Origin: a virus | Lineage: Duplodnaviria; Heunggongvirae; Uroviricota; Caudoviricetes | Length of the DNA: 40,694 bases | Virus record (IMG/VR): IMGVR_UViG_2541047798_000002 | Strand: one strand, 5' to 3' | Program-made: the position numbers and the translations under genes | Part shown: positions 28,876 through 37,748 of the stretch, in pieces | Layout: every line of letters begins with the position of its first letter | Numbering within the stretch: position 1 is the first letter of the stretch | Notes under the pieces: model-generated | What the model saw: the letters and a program-made list of their open reading frames with translations, nothing else | What the model was told of the DNA's origin: nothing | The model's database searches: none

Positions 28876-29576
28876 TGGCTGATTCGAATCTCAACACCCC
28901 TGTTATTGTGCAGGCGACGCGGCTCGATACATCAATCCTTCCACGCAATATATTCAGCCAGTCTTACCTGCTGTATGTCATTAATCAGGGGGCTGATGTC
29001 GGCGCAATTGCCGGGAAGGCAAATCAGGCTGGTCAGGGCGCTTACGATGCTCAGGTGAAAAACGATGAACAGGACGTCGAACTGGCAGATCACGATTCAA
29101 GAATCACCGCAAACACAAAAGCGATAAATCTCCTTGAGGTCAGGTTAACAACCGCCGAAGGGAAGATAGTCGTACTGCGTAGCGATGTTGATTACTTGCT
29201 GGATGAGGTTATCGATATTCAGGCGCATCTGGTCACTGTTGACAAAAGACTGGATGACGTAGAAAACGATGTCTCTGGCATTAAGAGTGATTACGTATCG
29301 AAAACCGTAACAGAATCGCAGTCTCTTGCGTCACCGCTGGATGTAAAAACATCATATTCAGTTGATGGAATTCAGGTTGTTGGAGCAAGAAATACCGGAT
29401 GGACTGCAGCCACAGGTACGCCACTTCTTGGCTCATTCAACGCTAACCAGTCATACACTGTCGGCACTACGTACACACAATCCGAAGTCGCAGCTCTCGC
29501 TACAGGTTTGCAGCAGGCGCGGCAGCGTATTCTGGCGCTTGAAACAGCACTTAGATTACATGGGCTGATTGACTGA
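28875..29576 (+). CDS. Tail needle protein (P22 gp26-like)
   Basis: Start set at [18 protein letters not shown] (SD AAGGA) inside ORF 28773..29576; 233 aa; N-terminus and C-terminal [17 protein letters not shown] match P22 gp26 as recalled. Confidence 0.85.
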   Translation: MADSNLNTPVIVQATRLDTSILPRNIFSQSYLLYVINQGADVGAIAGKANQAGQGAYDAQVKNDEQDVELADHDSRITANTKAINLLEVRLTTAEGKIVVLRSDVDYLLDEVIDIQAHLVTVDKRLDDVENDVSGIKSDYVSKTVTESQSLASPLDVKTSYSVDGIQVVGARNTGWTAATGTPLLGSFNANQSYTVGTTYTQSEVAALATGLQQARQRILALETALRLHGLID

Positions 29577-30031
29577 TGATTACATTCAAACCAACGCGAA
29601 ACATCGACCTGATAGAAGCAGTAGGAAATCACCCTGACATTATTGCTGGAAGCAACAACGGTGATGGATACGACTACAAGCCTGAATGCCGTTACTTTGA
29701 GGTTAACGTGCACGGTCAGTTTGGCGGCATTGTTTACTACCAGGAGATTCAGCCGCTTACATTCGATTGCCACGCCATGTACCTGCCAGAGGTTCGCGGA
29801 TTCAGCAAGGAAATCGGGCTGGCGTTCTGGCGATACATTCTGACTAACACCACCGTTCAGTGCGTCACATCGTTCGCTGCACGCAAATTCCGCCACGGGC
29901 AGATGTACTGCGCAATTATTGGCCTTAAGCGTGTAGGAACCATCAAGAAATACTTCAAAGGCGTGGATGACGTGACTTTTTACAGCGCCACACGCGAAGA
30001 ACTAATCGACTTCCTGAATCACGGGAGATAG
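29576..30031 (+). CDS. Head assembly protein (P22 gp14-like)
   Basis: 151-aa ORF in gp14 position between needle and ejection proteins. Confidence 0.55.
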   Translation: MITFKPTRNIDLIEAVGNHPDIIAGSNNGDGYDYKPECRYFEVNVHGQFGGIVYYQEIQPLTFDCHAMYLPEVRGFSKEIGLAFWRYILTNTTVQCVTSFAARKFRHGQMYCAIIGLKRVGTIKKYFKGVDDVTFYSATREELIDFLNHGR

Positions 30032-30033
30032 CC

Positions 30034-30726
30034 ATGTTATATGCATTTAAGCTGGGCAGAAAACTGCGCGGCGAGGAACCTTATTGCCCTGAAAAAGGCG
30101 GGAAAGGTGGCAGTTCTGATAAAAGTGCAAAGTATGCCGCAGAAGCTCAGAAGTATGCCGCAGACCTGCAAAATAAGCAGTTCAACACCATCATGAACAA
30201 CCTGAAGCCGTTTACTCCTCTGGCTGGGAAGTATGTCGGCAGCCTTGAGAACTTATCGTCTCTGGAAGGGCAAGGTCAGGCACTTAACCAGTATTACAAC
30301 TCTCAGCAGTACAAAGATCTTGCTGGTCAGGCTCGCTATCAGAGTCTGGCTGCAGCGGAAGCAACAGGTGGATTGGGTTCCACCGCAACCAGTAATCAGT
30401 TAGCAACAATCGCACCAACGCTTGGTCAGCAATGGCTATCTGGACAAATGAACAATTACAACAACCTGGCAAATATCGGTCTTGGCGTTCTTCAGGGACA
30501 GGCAAACGCCGGGCAAACATATGCCAACAACATGAGTCAGATTTCACAGCAAAGCGCGGCGCTGGCGGCGGCAAACGCCAACCGACCGTCAGCATTGCGG
30601 CAGGGTGTTAGTGGTGCTGCATCCGGTGCGCTTTTGGGTGGTGGTATAGCCAGTGCTCTCGAGCTATCAACTCCGTGGGGTGCTGGTATCGGTGCTGGTC
30701 TTGGTCTGCTTGGTTCGCTGTTTTAA
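30034..30726 (+). CDS. Ejection (injection) protein, P22 gp7-like
   Basis: 230-aa ORF; Gly/Ala/Gln-rich; size and position as P22 gp7. Confidence 0.75.
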   Translation: MLYAFKLGRKLRGEEPYCPEKGGKGGSSDKSAKYAAEAQKYAADLQNKQFNTIMNNLKPFTPLAGKYVGSLENLSSLEGQGQALNQYYNSQQYKDLAGQARYQSLAAAEATGGLGSTATSNQLATIAPTLGQQWLSGQMNNYNNLANIGLGVLQGQANAGQTYANNMSQISQQSAALAAANANRPSALRQGVSGAASGALLGGGIASALELSTPWGAGIGAGLGLLGSLF

Positions 30727-30736
30727 GGGGTAATCA

Positions 30737-32152
30737 ATGGCTGCTTGGCAACAGGGTATTAATTCTGGTGGTTTTCTGGCTGGCATCGGTACGCAAAATG
30801 AGAATGCGCCAAAGGCAAGCGACATTAACGCAACGCTTGGTCTGATCCGCGAAAACAATGAACTGGCTCGCTCAGGTACAAATAACGTTGGTCTGACCGC
30901 GTTACGTGGTCTGGCTGGAGTTGCTGATATTTACAATCAGGAACAGCAACAGAAAGCGATTAGTGCGTTCAATAAGGTTCATGCTGATGCATGGGCTTCT
31001 GGTGATCCATCGGGACTATTTAAGTTTGCCCAGGAAAATCCAGCGTTTGTTGCACAGGCACAACAGGCGTTTTCAGGTCTTAATGATCAGCAACGCAACG
31101 ATATGGGCGATTTAGCCATGAGAGCTAACGTCGCTCTTTCTCAGGGACCGGAAGCCTACAGTAAATTCATTACTGACAACAAGGACAGGTTAAATCGCGT
31201 GGGGGCGAATGCTGACTGGATGATTCAGACAGGTATCCAGAATCCAGAGCAGCTATCACACATGCTGACTACTATGTCTCTCGGTGCGCTTGGACCAGAA
31301 AAGGCGTTTGCTGTTCAGGACAAGATGGCTGGTCGTGAAATTGACCGAGGCAGACTGGCAGAGACAATCCGCAGCAATCAGGCTGGAGAAGCACTTCAGG
31401 CGAGAGGGCAAAACCTTTCCTATCAGTCAGCAATGACTGGGCACAATATCGCAGCACAACGCTTGGCTCTGGATCAGCAAGAGTTTGGGTTTAAGATGCA
31501 GCAAGCGCAGGAAAAGGCTCAGCAGTTGATTAGCGAAGCACCTAAGCTGTCAGTAAACATGGAAAAAGGCATCGAGACGGCTGTAAACAATGCCACAGCA
31601 TCATCAAACTCAGCCAATTCCATGAGTGCGCTTGCTCAACAGTTCAGAGCAGAAAAACCAACGACAGGTTTGTTCGGTAACGCACAGAACATGTTCGCAA
31701 AACTTACCGGAAGCGATACGACATTGCGTGATTTGCGCATTCGCCAAAATGCCCTTGTTAACAGTCAGGTTCTTAAATTCCTACCTCCCGGCCCAGCAAC
31801 GGATAAAGACGTTGAGATCGTTCGACAGGGTGCGCCAACTGACATGGATAACCCTGAGACGGTCGCAAGATGGCTTGATGCAATGGCAAACCTTGAGCGA
31901 CGAAACGCGCAGTTTAATGAGTTTAAAGCCGAGTGGATGAGCGCGAATGGCAACCCTGGACAATCGCGTAATGGCGGTCAGATATTGGGGTTGGATGTTA
32001 AAAAAGGTGAATCATTGGGGAGTGCCGTTAAGCGGTATATGTCATTGAATACTGACGCAGCGCCAGCACAAGATTCGACACCTTCAGGAGAACCACGGAA
32101 TCAGGTTGGATCATATACCTCAAAATCAGGCATTCAATTTACGGTGGAATGA
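30737..32152 (+). CDS. Ejection protein, P22 gp20-like
   Basis: 471-aa ORF, same length and position as P22 gp20. Confidence 0.75.
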   Translation: MAAWQQGINSGGFLAGIGTQNENAPKASDINATLGLIRENNELARSGTNNVGLTALRGLAGVADIYNQEQQQKAISAFNKVHADAWASGDPSGLFKFAQENPAFVAQAQQAFSGLNDQQRNDMGDLAMRANVALSQGPEAYSKFITDNKDRLNRVGANADWMIQTGIQNPEQLSHMLTTMSLGALGPEKAFAVQDKMAGREIDRGRLAETIRSNQAGEALQARGQNLSYQSAMTGHNIAAQRLALDQQEFGFKMQQAQEKAQQLISEAPKLSVNMEKGIETAVNNATASSNSANSMSALAQQFRAEKPTTGLFGNAQNMFAKLTGSDTTLRDLRIRQNALVNSQVLKFLPPGPATDKDVEIVRQGAPTDMDNPETVARWLDAMANLERRNAQFNEFKAEWMSANGNPGQSRNGGQILGLDVKKGESLGSAVKRYMSLNTDAAPAQDSTPSGEPRNQVGSYTSKSGIQFTVE

Positions 32153-33990
32153 TGAAAGTTACTGCAAACGGTAAGACATTTACCTTTCCTGATGGTACGA
32201 GCACGGAAGATATTGGCACCGCCATTGATGAGTATTTTGCTGGTCAGGCTGTTCAGCAACAAACAGTTAATCAGGCCAATAATGCACCAACACGGGAAGA
32301 ACCATCATTGATGCAACAAGCTGGCGATTGGCTCACTGGTGGTCAAAGTGCAGGGCAAATTGCGGAACAGGCTGGTCGTGGTCTGGTAAACATACCATTT
32401 GACGTATTGCAGGGCGGCGCAAGTCTGATTAATGCAATCAGCCAGGGGCTTGGTGGCCCCAAGGTTTTGGACGATGTCTATCGTCCAGTCGATCGACCAA
32501 CAGACCCTTATGCGCAAGCTGGAGAAACAATTGGCGGGTATTTAGTTCCAGGAGTTGGAACGGCAGGAAGCATGGCTATTGGATCACTGGCAGAGGCCGC
32601 AAATCAGAAAGGCGATTTCGCACAAAATGCAGCTAAAAATGCCGGAGTTAACCTTGCCGCTCAGGGGGTTCTTTCCGCAGCAGCAAAGGGAATAGGGCGT
32701 GGAATAACGGCTATAAAAGGTGATATTGCGCCAGAAGTGGCGAAGAAAATTGCCACATCAGAATCGATGGGCGTGACACCAATGACATCTGATGTTATCC
32801 CGCCGAAAAATGCTTTCACTCGCGGCCTAACTCAGGATGCCGAGGGGGCTTTGCTCGGGACAGGCTCAAAGCGAGCGGAGCAATATGCAACGCGTAGTAA
32901 GCTGGTAAGTAATTATTTTGACCGTTTTGGTGAGTACAACCCTGATGATGTGGTGAAATCTCTTACCACCACGTTAAGGGGGCGGAAGGATGCCGCTGGC
33001 GCTGTTATCAATGACGTCACCAATAAAATGGGTAATGCCGCAGTTGATACCACAAATACCATGAATGCTCTGAATACAGCGATCGCAAGACAGGAACGAC
33101 TTGGGACGTCTGCCAATCAAAGCCTGCTTACATCCTTGCGTAACCTACGTGAAGAATTAGCAAACCCTGCAACTGATTTGGATGTTACGTTTGATCTCTT
33201 GCGTCAGCACAGAACAGCATTTAGATCTAATGTTCAGGGAGATGCTATGGTCTTCCCCAACCAGGCAAAAGCAGCTACCAATATGGTAGAGAATGCAATG
33301 TCAAAAGACCTTCGTAACGCAGTTGCTAAAAACCTCGGTGCATCAGACGCAGCAAAATACCTTAAAGCAAATTCCGATTATGCAAACGTTTATAATAAGG
33401 TGCTTAATAAAAACATTGCTAACAAACTCAACAAGGCAAGCAGTGAAGCCAGTCCTGAACTTATAAATACCGTTGTATTAAGCAGAAAACCATCTGACGT
33501 GAAACGAATCTGGAGCGCATTGGATAATAAAGGGAAAGATGCTATGCGTGCAGCTTATGTCAGCAAAATAGCGGAAAAGGCCGGTGACTCTCCAGCCAAG
33601 TTCATCACTGAAGTTAATAAGCTGAAATCTCAGTCAGGCGGTGAAATTTACAACACTATTTTTTCTGGAAAGCACATGAAAGAGCTTGATTCTCTTCATG
33701 AAGTTCTACAGCAAACAGCAAGGTCAGACACCGCAAATGTAGTAACTCAGACGGGGCAATCGCAAGCCAACAGGATAAGGACGATTGGCGCAACTGCGAC
33801 TCTTGGCGTATCAATGGGGCTTGAGGCTGGTTTCGGTGCAATGATGCGCTTGTATGAGTCCAAAGCAGCAAGGAATGCTCTCTTACGTTTGGCAAACACC
33901 AAAGCAGGAACACCAGCCTATGAAAGAGCGTTGAGTAACGCTGCAAATGCCATCAGACCGCTGCTTGCCACTGAGGCAACACAGCAGTAA
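32149..33990 (+). CDS. Ejection protein, P22 gp16-like
   Basis: 613-aa ORF in gp16 position (P22 gp16 ~609 aa). Confidence 0.75.
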   Translation: MMKVTANGKTFTFPDGTSTEDIGTAIDEYFAGQAVQQQTVNQANNAPTREEPSLMQQAGDWLTGGQSAGQIAEQAGRGLVNIPFDVLQGGASLINAISQGLGGPKVLDDVYRPVDRPTDPYAQAGETIGGYLVPGVGTAGSMAIGSLAEAANQKGDFAQNAAKNAGVNLAAQGVLSAAAKGIGRGITAIKGDIAPEVAKKIATSESMGVTPMTSDVIPPKNAFTRGLTQDAEGALLGTGSKRAEQYATRSKLVSNYFDRFGEYNPDDVVKSLTTTLRGRKDAAGAVINDVTNKMGNAAVDTTNTMNALNTAIARQERLGTSANQSLLTSLRNLREELANPATDLDVTFDLLRQHRTAFRSNVQGDAMVFPNQAKAATNMVENAMSKDLRNAVAKNLGASDAAKYLKANSDYANVYNKVLNKNIANKLNKASSEASPELINTVVLSRKPSDVKRIWSALDNKGKDAMRAAYVSKIAEKAGDSPAKFITEVNKLKSQSGGEIYNTIFSGKHMKELDSLHEVLQQTARSDTANVVTQTGQSQANRIRTIGATATLGVSMGLEAGFGAMMRLYESKAARNALLRLANTKAGTPAYERALSNAANAIRPLLATEATQQ

Positions 33991-34014
33991 CGTATGGGGA
34001 ATTGGATTCAATCG

Positions 34015-34404
34015 TTAACATTTTCTTTTTACTTTTCCAACAAAAGCTTTGGTTGAATCCATATTCCCATAACCAGAAATGGTTTTCGACATTAAAACTG
34101 TTCCATTAGGATGTATTACCCATGAGTCGATAACTCGTTGAGTTTCGCCATTCGCGCCGATTCCAATGATGGAGTTTTTAGACAATGCTTTGTAAGCCAT
34201 GCCGCCCGCATCTGTCCCAGAATATGTGATGCTGGCATCTTCACTGCTTGTCTTAATGATGAATGTTCCACTAAAACCATCTTCTTCCGGATGGAAATTA
34301 TTTCGTTCTGAATAGCTTATTCCGCGCATATCTCCAACGACCCAGCACTCTGCTGTAGCCCCAAAAGATATGAATAAGAACATAGCAGCAAGAAATTGCT
34401 TCAC
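34015..34404 (-). CDS. Hypothetical secreted/periplasmic protein (129 aa, predicted signal peptide)
   Basis: GTG start with AAGGAG SD inside ORF-track ORF 34015..34620; N-terminus VKQFLAAMFLFISFGATA-ECW has a signal-peptide profile with A-x-A cleavage site; opposite strand to structural genes. Confidence 0.5.
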   Translation of the reverse strand: MKQFLAAMFLFISFGATAECWVVGDMRGISYSERNNFHPEEDGFSGTFIIKTSSEDASITYSGTDAGGMAYKALSKNSIIGIGANGETQRVIDSWVIHPNGTVLMSKTISGYGNMDSTKAFVGKVKRKC

Positions 34405-34434
34405 ACCAACCTCCTTAGTTTTGAGCAGGATACC

Positions 34435-34800
34435 ATGAAAAAAGTTAACATTGGAAACGTACCAAAGATGCTCGTTCCGCTCTTTGAGAGCGGTACAATT
34501 GTGTTTTGTAGAGACTTTCCAGAATGGCAACGCCTGCATCAAAAACTTGGCGTTGACGTGCATGACTCGGACGCCAACGGAGCGTCTCATACAATGAGCA
34601 GCGAGAATGGTGTTTTGCATGTGATAGGCGTGTTCAATGGCAAACTATCTACTATTGCCCATGAGTGCGCTCACATGGCATTCGATATCTGCTCAAGGGT
34701 CGGTGTTGATGTTGAACCAGGAAGAGCCAATGAGACTTACTGCTACTTAATGAGCAGGCTTGTTGAGTTCTGCGAGCGACATATCAAAAAGCCGGAGTGA
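34435..34800 (+). CDS. Hypothetical protein with HExxH zinc-metallopeptidase-like motif
   Basis: ATG with AGGA SD inside ORF 34396..34800; motif STIAHECAHMAFD (H-E-x-x-H); ~121 aa. Confidence 0.5.
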   Translation: MKKVNIGNVPKMLVPLFESGTIVFCRDFPEWQRLHQKLGVDVHDSDANGASHTMSSENGVLHVIGVFNGKLSTIAHECAHMAFDICSRVGVDVEPGRANETYCYLMSRLVEFCERHIKKPE

Positions 34801-34813
34801 CCCGGCTTGAGTA

Positions 34814-34993
34814 TTACTTTTTGCTGTCTGGAGTTCGCTTATCCAATACCCAGCCATGACCTGGCTTTGTTGTTGGTGGAAGCCTTTCGTTGTCCTTGAC
34901 GGTTGCAAAATTGTCTTTCTTACCGCCGCGTGGGCCAACTTCTTGGTATATTCCGCCGTTTTTTCCTGTGTTTTCACCTGGTTTTTTCGCCAT
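34814..34993 (-). CDS. Small hypothetical protein (59 aa), YjzC-like pattern
   Basis: ATG with GAGG SD; MAKKPGENTGKNGGIYQEVGPRGGKKDNFATVKDNERLPPTTKPGHGWVL; upstream TTGACT promoter-like hexamer; terminator-like hairpin (aagccgg-agtgac-ccggctt) downstream. Confidence 0.45.
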   Translation of the reverse strand: MAKKPGENTGKNGGIYQEVGPRGGKKDNFATVKDNERLPPTTKPGHGWVLDKRTPDSKK

Positions 34994-35075
34994 GATATAC
35001 CTCAACATATACCCGTTATTGGGCGATTAAATATTGATCTCATTTTATAAGTAGTCAATATGGCCCAGGTAAATG

Positions 35076-35108
35076 CAAAAATTAACCCACCGTCAGGTGG
35101 GTTTTTTT
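35076..35108. terminator. Bidirectional intrinsic terminator
   Basis: cccacc-gtca-ggtggg hairpin flanked by AAAAA and TTTTTTT. Confidence 0.6.
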
Positions 35109-35140
35109 ATCTTCTCTACTTTAAAGATTAAGGAAATACC

Positions 35141-35326
35141 ATGACCATAGAAGAACGTCTGAACAACATTGAGTTGAATCAAACCCTGCTTGACCAGCGA
35201 CTTTCAGATCTTGAGCTTAAAGATCTAGATGTGCAAATATCAGAAGCAGAAGCCAAGCTCTCCAGCTTAAACCACCGCAGGAAGCAAATCCGCGACAGAA
35301 TTACTCGTGGACGCGGAGGCTGTTAA
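35141..35326 (+). CDS. Hypothetical coiled-coil protein (61 aa)
   Basis: ATG with AAGGA SD; convergent with the ClpP-like gene; support is SD only. Confidence 0.3.
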   Translation: MTIEERLNNIELNQTLLDQRLSDLELKDLDVQISEAEAKLSSLNHRRKQIRDRITRGRGGC

Positions 35327-35403
35327 GGTGTGATGGTAATCCTTGCTCACTAAATTTAAGGATGCGAATCTTTCCGGCCATAGGAGTAATCATGATTTAC
35401 CCA

Positions 35404-35940
35404 TCAAACAACCCACCAGTTTGCCTGATTGGATACCAGCCTTGCAGTTTTTATGGAATTAATTATGCCATGCTCAAGAGCCTTGTTAGCATCCAAAATG
35501 GTCGAGTCTGCTATCAGGGATGCCCACCTAATATGGGTTCCGATGTCGATATTGAACGTCTCAACGAAGCGATCAAGATCGTTATCGAGGCATTTCCCGT
35601 ACTCTCTCAATCTGGCATGGTCGGCGGCTGGGGAGGCAAAGCACCATAATAGAGGATGTAACAGGAATCTTGATAATGGGTTTGCGAAACGTTCTGAGCC
35701 AGCCAGGAAAACGATATTAGCTATGGATTCAACATTGCTTATGTTGTGAGTTCTAACGGTAACAGGGAGTGACTTAAGAAAGTTATACGCAGTAAAGCCA
35801 GCGGCAGTTTCCCCTCCCTGACTTGATATATGGATATTTAATTCAGTTGCGCCTTGAGATAATGCGGTGAGACAGTGGTTCTGAAGTTGCCCAACAGTGG
35901 CAGTGTTAACGGGGCATAAGAAATGAATTGTGTGCAGCAT
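35404..35940 (-). CDS. ClpP-fold (S14-like) serine protease, stand-alone
   Basis: 178-aa ORF; collinear with E. coli ClpP as recalled: IHISSQGGETAAG (cf. YINSPGGVITAG), NVESIANIVFLAGSERFANPLSRFLLHP (cf. GQAASMGAFLLTAG..RF.LPNSRVMIHQP: Ser and His of the triad), KALEHGIINSI (cf. EAVEYGLVDSI). Start ATG overlaps mnt stop (TAATG). Confidence 0.65.
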   Translation of the reverse strand: MLHTIHFLCPVNTATVGQLQNHCLTALSQGATELNIHISSQGGETAAGFTAYNFLKSLPVTVRTHNISNVESIANIVFLAGSERFANPLSRFLLHPLLWCFASPAADHARLREYGKCLDNDLDRFVETFNIDIGTHIRWASLIADSTILDANKALEHGIINSIKTARLVSNQANWWVV

Positions 35941-36194
35941 TATTTATCATCCTTGCCATAAATCTTTTTAAGTGTCTCAAACACAACGGCCTTGAACTGC
36001 TCTGCTTGCTGATCAGCCAAGCGTTCAGCTTCGTCTCGATAGCCTGCAATCGGTGATGGCTTTGAGAGAGCATCCTGAACGATTTGTAATAACTCAGAGT
36101 TCATTGACCTTCCGTTAGCCTCTGCTCTTAATTTCAATTTTTCTCTTACTTCCAAAGGCATACGGAAGTTAAAGTGCGGATCGTTTCTAGCCAT
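35940..36194 (-). CDS. mnt: Mnt repressor (ribbon-helix-helix), immI
   Basis: 84-aa ORF MARNDPHFNFRMPLEVREKLKLRAEANGRSMNSELLQIVQDALSKPSP... near-identical to P22 Mnt as recalled. Confidence 0.85.
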   Translation of the reverse strand: MARNDPHFNFRMPLEVREKLKLRAEANGRSMNSELLQIVQDALSKPSPIAGYRDEAERLADQQAEQFKAVVFETLKKIYGKDDK

Positions 36195-36284
36195 GCCATC
36201 ACCCCAAGTTAGTGTATTGACATGATAGAAGCACTCTACTATATTCTCAATAGGTCCACAGTGGACCTATATTGTGAGGTAAAT
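36195..36284. promoter_or_regulatory. immI control region: Pant/Pmnt with Arc operator (ATGATAGAAGCACTCTACTAT) and Mnt operator (AGGTCCACAGTGGACCT)
   Basis: Both operator sequences match the P22 O-arc and O-mnt sequences as recalled; TTGACA-17-TATATT rightward promoter overlaps the arc operator. Confidence 0.8.
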
Positions 36285-36443
36285 ATGAAAGGAATGAGCA
36301 AAATGCCGCAGTTCAATTTGCGGTGGCCTAAAGAAGTATTGGATTTGGTGCGTAAGGTGGCGGAAGAGAACGGGCGATCTGTTAACTCTGAGATTTACAA
36401 GCGAGTGTTGGACAGCCTGAAGAGAGAGGGGATAACGGTATGA
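36285..36443 (+). CDS. arc: Arc repressor (ribbon-helix-helix)
   Basis: Internal Met of ORF 36222..36443: MKGMSKMPQFNLRWPKEVLDLVRKVAEENGRSVNSEIYKRV... matches P22 Arc. Confidence 0.85.
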   Translation: MKGMSKMPQFNLRWPKEVLDLVRKVAEENGRSVNSEIYKRVLDSLKREGITV

Positions 36444-36661
36444 GGTTTATTGAGGTTGATGAGATTGGCTATGAGAATGCACTTGGTAGAGGTAAATCTT
36501 TAGTTAACATTGATGGCATTGAATCGATAAGGAGTGGTGAATTTACGGAGATCAGAATGATGTCAGGCGGAATCATTCCTTGCCGTGATTCAGTAGAGTC
36601 AATCAAATCAAAAATGAGTGGTCAGTGGCTTTATAGCTACAGTGACTTACAAAAACAGTGA
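36440..36661 (+). CDS. Hypothetical protein (73 aa) between arc and ant
   Basis: ORF overlapping arc stop (ATGA); no motif recognised. Confidence 0.4.
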   Translation: MRFIEVDEIGYENALGRGKSLVNIDGIESIRSGEFTEIRMMSGGIIPCRDSVESIKSKMSGQWLYSYSDLQKQ

Positions 36662-36724
36662 AGCCCCAACTGCGGGAACAGTCAGGGCTTCGGTATCGTA
36701 AAACCACGCATAGGAATTAACGAC

Positions 36725-37648
36725 ATGACGAGTGTAGCAATTGCAGAACATACAATCAACGTTCCATTCCACGGAACAAATCTCTTTTTGGTCAGCATTA
36801 ACAATGAACCTTACGTTCCTATGAAACCCGTTGTAGAAGGCATGGGTATGGTTTGGGCTGCTCAATTTGTTAAATTAAAACAGAGATTTGTCAAAGGTAT
36901 TTCGGAAATCGAAATACCTTCTGCTGGCGGTAAACAGTTAATGATATGCCTTGCCTTTCGTAAGTTTGCGGCTTGGCTTTCAAGCATTCAGCCAAACAAA
37001 GTCCGCCCTGAAATCCGCGACAAGGTAATCCAGTATCAGGAAGAGTGTGACGATGTGCTCTACGAGTACTGGACTAAAGGTCATGTAGTTAACCCACGCA
37101 AAGCTAAAAAGGCGTTGCCGAGTAAAATTACCACTGAACAGCAGGAAGCCATTAAACAACTCGTCATGAGTCGCGGTCAGTCTCTGCCAAAAGAAAAACA
37201 GGCGAAGGCAATGATTACCATGTGGTCGTCACTGAAATCTCATTTTGGGTGTTCATACAAAGAAATCAGCGAGGAGCAGTTTACCGAAGCTCTGTCACTT
37301 GCAGCTCGCGTTCCGCTTGAAGGTGAGTTTATCGGCAAACAAGAGAAGAAAACCAACGAGCTTTCTGCAAAAGAAGCAAACAGCCTTGTATGGTTATGGG
37401 ATTATGCCAACCGTTCACAGGCATTATTCCGCGAACTGTATCCGGCGCTAAAACAAATTCAATCGAACTATTCCGGCAGATGCTACGACTACGGTCATGA
37501 GTTCTCGTATGTTATCGGAATGGCGAGAGACGTTTTAATCAATCACACACGAGATGTTGATATTAATGAGCCAGACGGACCAACGAATCTTTCCGCATGG
37601 ATGAGACTTAAGAATAAAGAATTACCTCCTTCAGTACATAACTACTGA
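36725..37648 (+). CDS. ant: Antirepressor Ant (P22_AR N-terminal domain type)
   Basis: 307-aa ORF downstream of arc in immI; N-terminal region [39 protein letters not shown] typical of P22-type antirepressor N-domain. Confidence 0.7.
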   Translation: MTSVAIAEHTINVPFHGTNLFLVSINNEPYVPMKPVVEGMGMVWAAQFVKLKQRFVKGISEIEIPSAGGKQLMICLAFRKFAAWLSSIQPNKVRPEIRDKVIQYQEECDDVLYEYWTKGHVVNPRKAKKALPSKITTEQQEAIKQLVMSRGQSLPKEKQAKAMITMWSSLKSHFGCSYKEISEEQFTEALSLAARVPLEGEFIGKQEKKTNELSAKEANSLVWLWDYANRSQALFRELYPALKQIQSNYSGRCYDYGHEFSYVIGMARDVLINHTRDVDINEPDGPTNLSAWMRLKNKELPPSVHNY

Positions 37649-37667
37649 CAGATAACCAACGCAACGA

Positions 37668-37690
37668 CCCAGCTTCGGCTGGGTTTTTTT
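37668..37690 (+). terminator. Intrinsic terminator after ant
   Basis: cccagc-ttcg-gctggg hairpin followed by TTTTTTT. Confidence 0.7.
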
Positions 37691-37748
37691 ATGCCCAAAA
37701 TTCACCGTAGCCATGCTGCGGCGATTCCTTGTATCTGGAGCAAATTAA

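Noticed and set aside
34747-34977. 76-aa minus-strand ORF overlapping the YjzC-like ORF
   Set aside because: Different frame of the same region; the 59-aa frame has the SD and a recognisable conserved pattern.
35362-35749. 95-aa and 106-aa plus-strand ORFs overlapping the ClpP-like gene
   Set aside because: The minus-strand frame carries a collinear ClpP motif series and is translationally coupled to mnt; the plus-strand ORFs have no motif support and are taken as antisense artefacts.
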